DNA from: Eledone cirrhosa
Taxonomy: Eukaryota
Length of the DNA: 64,000 nucleotides
Reading direction: 5' to 3'
Assembly (NCBI GenBank): GCA_964016885.1
Contig: OZ024750.1
Span: 33,728,001-33,792,000 of the forward strand
Both the position numbers and the translations under genes were made by a program. The notes beneath the pieces are model-generated. The model did not search any database and had not been told where the DNA came from. It saw only the letters and a program-made list of their open reading frames with translations. Shown in pieces: positions 12,894 to 23,369 of the stretch (positions within the stretch are counted from its first letter, which is position 1; every line of letters starts with the position of its first letter).

Positions 12894-12898
<5 letters not shown>

Positions 12899-13098
12899 AA
12901 CGAGCAGGACCCCGACGGCTGAGCTCAATCCGTTTCGACGGCTAATTCTGGACTAAAAGTCCAGAATTTTAGTCCAGAATTAGCCGTCGAAACGGCTTGA
13001 GCTCAGCCGTCGGGGTCCTACTCGTTCCTATTACCCACTCTGCTACCCTAAGTATTGAGTACTTTGGTGCATCTGGTTCCTTACCACATTTCCTTCGT
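12894..13098. mobile_element. Fold-back element, family V, with 3' half of a hammerhead
   Basis: Palindrome 12894-13031 containing GAAA-CGGCT-tgagctc-AGCCG-TC. Tail to 13098, (TA)n on both sides. Confidence 0.65.
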
Positions 13099-13109
13099 TA
13101 TATATATAT

Positions 13110-13450
13110 GGAGGCACATGGCTTAGTGGTTAGAACATTGGCCTTGCAATCGAAAGGTTGTGAGTTCAATTCTCAGACCGGGTGATGTGTTGTTTCCTTG
13201 AGCAAGACACTTTATTTCACATTGCTCCAGTTTACTCAGCTGTAGAAATGAGATGATAGGGACTGGGGTCCATATCATTCCACTGCAAAGTGGTCGTGGA
13301 GGTGCCACGGCAAAAAAGCACCTAGCACTCACTGTAAATGAGGTTGGTGTTTGGAAGGGCATCCAGCTGTAGAAATCAAGCCAGAATCAGTTCCTGTCCC
13401 ACCCTTGCAAGCAGGGAAAAGTAGACGTAAAAAATGAAATGAAAAATGAA
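13110..13450 (+). mobile_element. SINE B
   Basis: Near-identical to 12157-12498, in opposite orientation. Confidence 0.85.
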
Positions 13451-13555
13451 AAAAAATATATATATATATATAACTTATACATTTATATAATATATATATA
13501 TATATATATAGTGATGAAACATAAGTCAATTGCATGAACTCATAATTCTTTATTT

Positions 13556-13611
13556 ACTGCTATATATATTTTGATGATAGCCATTGAATGGCTATGACCT
13601 CATCCGGCAGT
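13556..13611 (-). ncRNA. Degenerate family III hammerhead
   Basis: - strand: ACTGC-CGGATGA-GGTCATAGCCA-ttcaa-TGGCTATCATC-AAAA-TATATATA-GCAGT. Core mutated, stems retained. Confidence 0.6.
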
Positions 13612-13714
13612 TAGTCAGTTCTTAGATATGCCAGCTGTGTGTTTATAGTGTTGATGGTATCAGAGCCTTTATATATATATATATACTTATACATTTATAT
13701 AATATATATATGCA

Positions 13715-13746
<32 letters not shown>

Positions 13747-13937
13747 CATGCACACACACACACACACACATATATATAGAGAGAGGGAGTGAGAGAGAGA
13801 GAGAGAGAGAAATAGATAGATGGATAGATATAGTTGTATAGTGTAGAATGCATATAAAAAATAACAATTACTATAGAAAAAAAATTATAAAAAAATTATA
13901 TTAAAAAAGTGGTAAAAATATATATAAATATATATAT

Positions 13938-15806
13938 CATCATCATCATCATCAACGTTTAACGTCCGTGTTCCACGCTTGCATGGGTTTGGACGGGGGT
14001 TTTCCCACTTGAGGCAAGAGTGATTGTCTTGCTCGCATAGGACTGTCTGGCAGGTTTTCTACAGTTGGATGCCCTTCCTAACACCAACCACATTTACAGT
14101 GTGGGGCTGGGAGGTTTTTACCGTGTTGCCTACACGGCCACATTACAGCGTGGACTGTGTGTTTTTTTGTCGTGACACCTACACGATCTCATTTGTTTCG
14201 GCCTGGATGGTGTGGCACCAACATAACTTTACATAGAAGGGGGCGGTGTGGATGGGGTGGGGGTGGTTGGACGGGGGTGTATTTTGTTAGAGATGCCTAC
14301 TGACTGTAGTAGGTTTTACTTTGTATTTAGGTAAGGCGGGTCTTCTCTATTACTGAGTACCGCCAAAGGTCTCGGTCCAGTGACATTGTCTTGGTGAGGT
14401 GTAAGTGTGTGAGGTCGGAGTTTATCAGCTTGTCCCAGGTTTTTCTGGGTCTGCCTATTCCGTGGCTACCGTCTATCTTTATTGCCCTGCACTTTGTTAT
14501 ACAGCTATCGTCCTTCATGCGCATCACATGACCATACCAACGTAGCCTTCTCTCTAGTAAACAACATCTGATCCCTCTTATTTCTAATTTTTTCTTAGTT
14601 CGTTTATGCTTTGTCGTTCACGTATATTACTATTACACATCCAGCGGAGCATACAAGCTTCGTTTCTCTCTAGTCTGCGTATATCCTCTGCACACAATGC
14701 CCAGGTCTCACTGCCATGCAACATTGCTGTTCGTATGCAGGCATCGTACAGCCTGCCTTTCAGTTTTAGGGAGAACCCTTTAGCGGCTAATAGTGGTATA
14801 AGCTCTCTGAACTTTTTCCACCCAGTTCTGACTCTAGCTACTGTACTTTCAGAGCACCCTCCCCCACTGCTGATTTTGTCACCCAGGTAACGGAAGCTGT
14901 CCACTATTTCTATAGAACCCTCTGCGCAGTTGAAAGAGCTAGTATTTTGTGGGCACTTGCTGCTACTTATTGCCCCAGAACACCGGCCACATGTAAAATC
15001 TATGTTCTTAGTTAGCTTACCTGTGATCCCACTACATCTTTTATGCACCCAAACTTTGCATTTGGGACACAAAATGGAATTTCTACCTACGCCTTTCCTA
15101 CACTCTGCGCATGGCCACTTCCCGGAGGGGACCGCCGCCTTATTTTCTTTCTTACAAACTAGAACTTTAGTCTTAGCCAGGTTAATTTTAAGGCCTTTTG
15201 ATTCTAGGCCGTGCTTCCATGTTTGGAATTTCTTCTCTAGCTCGGCCATTGATTCAGCTATGAGCGTTAGATCATCTGCGTATAGGAGTTCCCATGGGCA
15301 GCCGGTCTTGAACTCCACTGTTATAGCCTGGAGGGCAATAATAAATAGTAGGGGGCTAAGAACAGAGCCCTGATGAACACCAACTTTTACACTAAACTCT
15401 TCACTATATTCGTTGTTAATTCTAACCTTGCTGACTGTTTCTTTATACATGGCTTGTATAGCTCTCACAAGCCATTCATCAACACCTAGTTTTCTAAGAG
15501 CCCACCAGATAATAGAATGGGGGACTCTGTCGAAGGCCTTCTCCAAGTCGATGAAAGCTAAGTATAGGGGTTACTTTTAGCTAGGTACTTCTCCTGTAGT
15601 TGTCGTACAATGAAAAGAGCGTCTGTGGTACTTTTTCCTGACACAAACCCGAACTGCATTTCATCTAGATCAATTCGCTCTCTGATTAGTTGCGCTATTA
15701 CTTTTTCCGTGACCTTCATGACCTGGTCGATTAATTTAATGCCTCTATAGTTACTCCTATCTAGGGCATCTCCTTTACCCTTATAACAGTTAACGATAAT
15801 GCTGCT
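13938..15806 (-). mobile_element. RTE-clade LINE, 5'-truncated, frameshifted reverse transcriptase
   Basis: ORF 14584-15546 with KAFDRVPH, GVHQGSVLSPLLF, LLYADD and a Cys-rich insert. C-terminal GRPRKTW in 14327-14527. (ATG)n tail. Confidence 0.93.
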
Positions 15807-17617
15807 ATATGTAAATATATATATATGTCAATATATATATGTAAATATATATATATGTCAATATATATATGTAAATATATATATATATATGTCAATATAT
15901 ATATGTAAATATATATATATATATGTCAATATATATATGTAAATATATATATATATGTCAATATATATATATATTGACCAGGTCATGAAGGTCACAGAAA
16001 AAGTAATAGCGCAACTAATCAGACTATGGGTTAAATAGCCTCACCAAGCTGCAATTAGCCAAGCGTGGTGAACAAGGTTACATCCCTGAAGATATGACCA
16101 AAACCAAACAGAAAGTGGTGGAGGTCAACCAGGGAGGGGTTCCTTTAACAGGAGTGAGAAGGCCCTGGATTAGATTAGCTGGAGGTCAACCAGGGAGGGG
16201 TTCCTTTAACAGGAGTGAGAAGACCCTAAATGGGATTGCAATGTGTCATCATCATCATCCCCTTAATCCAGCAATGATGCCAGGTCATGGTCTTTCTAAA
16301 TTGATATGTTCTCTCCAGCTATCCCTATCCTTAGAGCCCTTCTGTGTTAATCCTTTTCTTAACAGATCTGCTGATATGTTATGGTGCAATGTTTTCTGGG
16401 GCCTTCCAACAGGTATTCTGTTATTTATCTCCATTTTCCATGCTTGCTTGACAGGGTTTGTTTTTACTCATCCTAATGTGGCCAAACTACGCCATTCAAA
16501 TCCTCTCGATCATAGGGCTTACATCCATTTTTTTTTTTCTGATATCTTCACCTCTTGTAAGATCCAACAAGGAAACTCCTTTTATTCTCTGAAGCATTCT
16601 CATTTTGGTGGCTTCCCACAGTTATCCTCCTTTGTTCTTAAAATCTATGGTTCAGATAATGGCTACCACAAAAAACCTATTTCACCCTGTAAAGTGGTAG
16701 TGCTGGTCCCACAATAAAATACTTCCAGTAAATTGGTTGGCATTAGGATGAGAGTGGAGGGTATAAATTAAAAAGAGGAAGGCAAAGCTACATGCTGTTT
16801 GTTACATGATAGGGGTCATGCCACTATAGGAGAGCAAGCATTGGGTCATGGAAGTGACCTTGAAAAAAAAGAGAGTTGCATTTGGCAATCTTCGACTATT
16901 TATATAAACTGATGGGTTTTTTCCCTTTTCCTTTAACATAACAGTGATCCAAAGAGAAAGAGACAAATCATTATTCCAGGAATGTGAAACTCTCCAAGAA
17001 TTCGGCTACATTACTAGCATGGCACTGTGACATTACTTAGTGGCATGTCATTATGACATTATGACATTAGTTACCAACATGACTCTGCTACTTATGACAT
17101 AAATATCACCATTAATTCAGCTTAAAACATTTTTATTTTATTTTTACTGTATTTTATTGTGTGTAACATTTGGCAAGAACTATCTGTAGAATAGATAAGC
17201 TATTAACCTAGCCAACAAATAATGGGAGAAAGAAAGATTTTGTAAAGAAAACTACAGAGAAAAAAAATCAAACAAACATTGAGATAAATGTGAAGCAAAG
17301 AACACAATTAAACATTTAAATAGTGGGAAAAGAGATAAGATAGAGAAATAAACACAATCTAATTAAGTAATTTAAAAACTGTCATAGCTGCTGACAATTC
17401 TATAAAAATTTGAGACAACATGAAAACATCTTAAGATTTGATAATCTCATTATTTATCTGGGGTTTTGGTTTTGGTTTTGTTTTGTTTTGTTTTCAAAAA
17501 CAGAGATAAATGAGTTGTGAACAACTGCAGTTCTTCAATTTTATCAAATACTAATAGATAACATTGAACTTCATCTAACACTTCTCTGTTTTTCTCTATC
17601 TTACCAAAGAAATTCCT

Positions 17618-18567
17618 GATTGTTAAAGTGTTGATTGTTATAGTGTTGATTGTTATAGTGATGATTGTTATAGTGTTGATTGTTATAGTGATGATTGTTA
17701 TAGTGATGATTGTTATAGTGATGATTGTTATACATGATTGTTATAGTGTTGATTGTTATACATGATTGTTATAGTGATGATTGTTATACATGATTGTTAT
17801 ACATGATTGTTATAGTGATGATTGTTATACATGATTGTTATAGTGATGATTGTTATAGTGATGATTGTTATAGTGATGATTGTTATAGTGTTGATTGTTA
17901 TACATGATTGTTATAGTGATGATTGTTATAGTGATGATTGTTATACATGATTGTTATAGTGATAATTGTTATACATGATTGTTATAGTGTTGATTGTTAT
18001 ACATGATTGTTATAGTGTTGATTGTTATACATGATTGTTATAGTGATGATTGTTATAGTGTTGATTGTTATACATGATTGTTATACATGATTGTTATAGT
18101 GATGATTGTTATAGTGATGATTGTTATACATGATTGTTATAGTGATGATTGTTAAAGTGATGATTGTTATAGTGATGATTGTTATAGTGATGATTGTTAT
18201 AGTATTGATTGTTATAGTGATGATTGTTATAGTGTTGATTGTTATAGTGATGAATGTTATACATGATTGTTATAGTGGTGATTGTTAACATGTTGATTGT
18301 TATAGTGATGATAGTTAAAGTGATGATTGTTATAGTGATGATTGTTATACATGATTGTTATAGTGCTGATTGTTATAGTGTTGATTGTTATAGTGATGAT
18401 TGTTATGCATGATTGTTATAGTGATGATTGTTAAAGTGATGATTGTTATAGTGTTGATTGTTATAGTGATGATTGTCATAGCAATGATTGTTAACGTGTT
18501 GATTGTTATAGTGATGATTGTTATAGTGTTGATTGTTATAGTGATGACTGTTACACATGATTGTTAT
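17618..18567. repeat. Minisatellite GATTGTTATAGTGAT (15/13-bp variants) just upstream of the crystallin promoter
   Basis: Seen directly in the sequence. Confidence 0.95.
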
Positions 18568-18747
18568 CGAAAATCCCATTACAATTCTCACGTTTCAGAG
18601 TTTACAATTTGATGGAAAATAAAATACACAAAACAAACCAGTTAATTAATCGTGATTGAGATATTGACAGTAAATTTTCTGTGATTTTATGTCTTTAAAG
18701 AGATAATCATTTGTCAAACTATATGTTTGGCTTCTGTCCAGTATTTA

Positions 18748-18827
18748 ATTGGCTACAAATGACGTCATTACCTCTGCCGTAACACAAAGACAAACAAAAA
18801 TGGAAAATAAAATTTTCCGATATAAAA
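18748..18827 (+). promoter_or_regulatory. Proximal promoter of the O-crystallin/PEBP gene: inverted CCAAT box, CRE, TATA box
   Basis: ATTGG 18748-18752, TGACGTCA 18760-18767 (within the 12-bp palindrome AATGACGTCATT), TATAAAA 18821-18827, about 100 bp upstream of the ATG. Confidence 0.7.
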
Positions 18828-18926
18828 AGCAGAACATCAAATGTTTCTGATTAAAGAGCAGGAAATTTCTTCTGGACACTTAACACAAAAATATCAGTTG
18901 AATACTTCTTCTTCTTAAGTACAACA

Positions 18927-18995
18927 ATGGAAGCTTTCAATGTTCATGGTCTTGTTGGCAAAGTAATTGACAGAGTTCCACAGAAACAACTGTCT
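18927..18995 (+). CDS. PEBP: O-crystallin / PEBP-family protein, coding exon 1 (MEAFNVHGLVGKVIDRVPQKQLS)
   Basis: ATG in ACAACAATGG context, 23 codons, then GTAAGT donor at 18996. Joins exon 2 in phase 0. The four exons total 69+121+138+221=549 nt = 182 aa + stop. Confidence 0.92.
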
Positions 18996-19049
18996 GTAAG
19001 TGACACATTTTGGCAACTAGTATATACATATATATATATATATATATAA

Positions 19050-19232
19050 GGTAAGTTATTCCGGGTTGAATCGGAGGTAACCACAGTAAGTAAGGTACTC
19101 AATACATAGCAGAGTATAAAGTTTTTTTTAATATAGATGAGATTCTACAGGACTAGAACTGTTTCATTCTTGAGAAATCATCAGGAATCCTGATGATTTC
19201 TCAAGAATGAACCTGTAGAATCTTATCTATAT
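19050..19232. mobile_element. Fold-back HHR element, family I
   Basis: Inverted arms centred near 19187, tail on the left, (TA)n flanks. Confidence 0.7.
19141..19189 (-). ncRNA. Hammerhead ribozyme motif, family I (crystallin intron 1, antisense)
   Basis: - strand: GATTC-CTGATGA-T.TTCT-ca-AGAA.T-GAAA-CAG-ttctagtc-CTG-TA^GAATC, with perfect stems I and III. Confidence 0.8.
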
Positions 19233-19280
19233 TATATATATATATATATATCGATTGTGTTGTTATTTCTGTTTACCTTT

Positions 19281-19313
<33 letters not shown>

Positions 19314-20151
19314 TGCTATTTAGGAAAAATAATCTAAGTTATGGAAAGCCAATTTTTTTTTTATTCTTTATCTATATTTAGAAAAAGATATCATTCTTTC
19401 TTTCCCCTTCTCTTCATCATTATCTTTTAATCTGTTTTCTTTGTTGTTGTTGTTGTTATTGTTAAAAATCTATTCATTACTAAATCATATTTTTGTTTAA
19501 TATTTTAAAATTCTCTCAAGCATTTTCAGTTGCAACCATTTCCTTATAAATTATTAACTCCTAACGTCCTGTACCACATAAAGACACATTAGCAAGACAT
19601 TTTTAAAACATAAATCAACACTGACTGTATCACATTAAAAATTCATGTCTTTTCTCTAATTTTCACATCAAAATACTACAAACACTTGAAACAACAAACC
19701 TGCTTTTAGATATTTTCTGTTAAATCATTACAGGATGTTAAGAGATAGTTACGTCCCTTTACAGTCTGAGTTCAAATCCCGCCGAGGTTAACTTTGCCTT
19801 TCATCCTTACGGGGTCGATAAAATAAAGTACCAGTAATACACTGGGTAATTGCTGGCCTTGTGCCTAACGTAGAAACAATTATATTTTCATGGTAAAGGC
19901 TTTACCTCACATAATATCTCACAAAATATCGAATCTATGAGATTTTGAAAGTATTTATTTTGAGAACAATACCTTAACATCAGTTTGAGTGGCTGGTTAC
20001 AGCCAGTTTCAACAGAAAAAGGTAGAGAATTCTGGCCGGTTTTGGCCGGTTTGAACATTAAAGGGTTAAAAATATGATTAAGATAAACTTTGTTTTTTAT
20101 GATATTTACTATAAAAAAAATATAGATTATATAAGATCATACACATTAACC

Positions 20152-20465
20152 ATTATTGAAAATAAGCACAGGCTTATGGTATCAATAGACAAGGGTACTA
20201 TTTTATTGAAAATAAGCACTGGCTTATGGTATCAATAGACAAGGGTACCATTTTATTGAAAATAAGCATCGGCTTATGGTTTAAAAATAAGAGAGGCACC
20301 ATTATATTCCAAATATGCACATGTTTAGGGTATTAAGAGAAAACAGGTACTATTTTATTCAAAATAAGCACAGGTTTAGGATGTAAAAAGGAGAGGGCAT
20401 AATTTTATTCAAATTACACACAAGCTTGAGGTATTAAGGGAAGAAGGGACCATTTTACTGAAATT
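20152..20465. repeat. Diverging ~50-60-bp tandem repeat (TTTTATTGAAAATAAGCAC...)
   Basis: Seen directly in the sequence. Confidence 0.75.
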
Positions 20466-20532
20466 AAATATGTTAGTCATTTTCTTTCCCCAATTATTTT
20501 CTATTGGAGAGTTTACACATATAAATATATAC

Positions 20533-20652
20533 CCGCCAGACAGTCCTATGCGAGCAAGACAACCACTCTTGCCTCAAGTGGGAAAACCCCCGTCCAAACC
20601 CATGCAAGCGTGGAACACAGACGCTAAACCTTGATGATGATGATGATGATGA
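20533..20652 (+). mobile_element. RTE LINE extreme 3' end
   Basis: Reverse complement of 13945-14052. Confidence 0.8.
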
Positions 20653-20914
20653 TTGTAGTAAAAACTTTGGATGTTATATCCATAGTAAGTAGAGCACTCA
20701 GTTCAGAAGACAAGTTTGGTATAGGTTTACTTCCACAACAAATTAGCTGCGGAAGAGTATATGAGCTGACAGAATCCAGTCAGCACATATACTCTTCCGT
20801 TCTCACTGCAGCCATACACGGGTTGAAAATTTGCTCAGTGAAATGTGTGTCCTCAAGTATGGTTTGCTAATTTGTTGTGGAACTAACTTTCTCTCTCTCT
20901 CTCTCTCTCTCTCA

Positions 20915-20945
<31 letters not shown>

Positions 20946-20974
20946 TCTCTCTCTCTCACTCTCTCTCTCTCTCA

Positions 20975-21005
<31 letters not shown>

Positions 21006-21237
21006 ATTGAGATAGGCAGAGCAGCAAGATTCAAACAATTTCTTAAAATAAATTAAAAAATATAATTTAAATTATATTTTTTAATTTATTTTAAGAAATT
21101 GTTTGAATCTTGCTTGCTCTGCTTATCTCAATTTTATAGTTCTGGTATGTCAAATTAATACCATGGAACAACCATTGTATCATAGACACCCTATATATTT
21201 CCAGGGGTACTTAGTACCTGTGGTAATATTGATCTCC
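21006..21237. mobile_element. Fold-back element (palindrome ~21006-21133 + tail) in (TA)n, no HHR retained
   Basis: AATTGAGATAGGCAGAGCAGCAAGATTC...GAATCTTGCTTGCTCTGCTTATCTCAATT. Confidence 0.6.
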
Positions 21238-21265
21238 TTTATATATATATATATATATATATATA

Positions 21266-21497
21266 TTTAATATAGAAATGGCTTCTACAAGACTAGAACT
21301 GTTTCATTCGACTGTCAGTGTGTTATGGTGGTATTTATATGTGAATACCACCATAACACACTGACAGTAGGCTTTCCTGGAGATTTCCTCCAAATGAAAC
21401 AGTTCTAGTCCTGTAGAAGCCTTTTCTATATTAAATATATATACTCTGCTATGTATTGAGTACCTTACTGTAGTTACCCCCGATTGAACCCGGGATA
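21266..21497. mobile_element. Fold-back HHR element, family I
   Basis: Nested inverted arms and the shared family I tail. Confidence 0.7.
21370..21421 (+). ncRNA. Hammerhead motif, family I, mutated core (CTGGAGA)
   Basis: GGCTTTC-CTGGAGA-tttcctccaaat-GAAA-CAG-ttctagtc-CTG-TA-GAAGCC. Confidence 0.55.
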
Positions 21498-23120
21498 CAC
21501 ACACACATATATATGTGTATATTATATATATGTATATATATATATATATACATATATACATATATATACATATATATTTGAAAAAAGGGAAAGAATGACT
21601 TCACTTGTAATTCTAAACAATTCAATTTTATAATTGAAGCATATAGACAATATGCCCCCCCCCCCCCCCACTGCAAGGTGGTCATGGAGGTGCCACGACA
21701 AAAAAACACCCAGCCCACACTGTAAAGTGGACGTGTAGGCGCCACGAAAAAGCACCCAGCACTCACTGTAAATGAGGTTGGTGTTAGGAAGGGCATCCAG
21801 CTGTAGAAATCAAGCCAAAATCAGTTCCTGTATGAGCAAGGCATGGTTAGCCGACCAGACACTGCCCACAACAGGACAACCCGTCTAACCCATGCTAGCG
21901 TGGAAGAACGGACGTAAAACGGTGATGATGATGATGATGATGATGATGAATATTACAATTTTACAATTTTGAAAATTGGAAAATTGTAATATTATAAAAT
22001 TGAATTGTTTAGAACTACAAGTGAAGTCATTCTTTTCCTTTTTTCAAATATACTTAATTGTACCAAGGGTTTCACACATTTTGTAATATATATATGGATG
22101 TGGGGGTGTAATATAATCTGTTAAGTGTTTAGGTCCTCAAAAAGAGTTAATCTGCTCTGGTTCACACATAATATCAAATACCTAAGATTTCAAGTATTTC
22201 CATGTTGGCACAAATGCAAATGGAAGATTTAATTATGCAGAGTGGTTGCAGAATACTTCTATTCTGTTAAGTACAAATACCTTTTCCTTTTTGTTAAAAT
22301 AAGGAAGTCATTCACAGAACAAGAATTCAACGTAGAAAATTAACTTTCATCTTTGTCTTTGGCAAATTATTTTCTTGTGAAAAATGTGATTGGCATTAGG
22401 AAAGGCATTCTGCTGTAGAACTCTAGCCAGAAACAGTTCTCTGTATGAGCAGGATACGGTCACCTGACCCAACCTACCTCAAATGGGACAACCCGTCTAA
22501 CCCATGCTAGCGTGGAAGGTGAACGTTAAATGACAATGATGATGATGATGATGATGATGAAACTGACAACATTGAGATATCAAAATCTGTTTATTTTAAT
22601 TGTCTTAATTAAATTTTGTCAGACATTCAGCCAGACAGCAATTATATATATAGGGGAAGTCTCTTTTGGAGAAACATTTGACAACCTTCAGGATGTTGGT
22701 GCCATGTGAAGGAGGGTTTTTCCAGTTCACATTTACCCGCCAAACCTTCACCATTTCTTGCTACCAACCCACTACCTTGTCTACCAACCCACCCACCCCT
22801 TCCTTCTCTACCAACCCACCCTCCCTACCAACCCCCATCCTTCTTACCAACCCACTGACCTCCCTACCAATCCACCACCCCTCTCTACCAACTTCCATAC
22901 TCCCTACCAACCCCCCCTCTCTACCAATCCACCACCATCTCTAATCCCCACACCACCCTCTTCACTAATCCACCACCCTCCTCACACCTATAATTTACCT
23001 GTCGTAATATTGATATCTGTCATCAATAATCAAATCACTCCACAATTTACTTTGTTTTTATTTAATTATTGTTATTATTTCAATATTTTGTTTGTCTAAA
23101 TATTATTTCCTTGTTATTAG

Positions 23121-23241
23121 ATCCGTTATGGTAACACTGAGGTTCAACCAGGAATGAATCTTACTCCATCACTGACTAAACATCAGCCTCAGATCAAGTT
23201 TGAGGCAGAATCAAATGCTTATTACACCCTAATTATGAATG
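23121..23241 (+). CDS. PEBP: O-crystallin / PEBP-family protein, exon 2 (IRYGNTEVQPGMNLTPSLTKHQPQIKFEAESNAYYTLIMN)
   Basis: TTATTAG acceptor and GTGGGT donor. PEBP-typical G.LTP and YYTLIM segments. Confidence 0.95.
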
Positions 23242-23369
23242 GTGGGTAACTAAGTCTTTATATGTGTTACTTCTCATCACATCTCATAGATCATATTTAT
23301 ACCAAATCATTTTCTTCATTTTTTCTTCTTTGCCACATCCAATTTCTTTTAATGTTATATTTATAGTGA

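Noticed and set aside
13110-13190. tRNA genes at SINE heads
   Set aside because: A/B boxes are present but continue into the SINE body and tail, with no proper cloverleaf or terminator.
16094-16717. 207-aa ORF
   Set aside because: No recognisable domain. Overlaps a short direct repeat and what looks like a decayed antisense RTE-like fragment.
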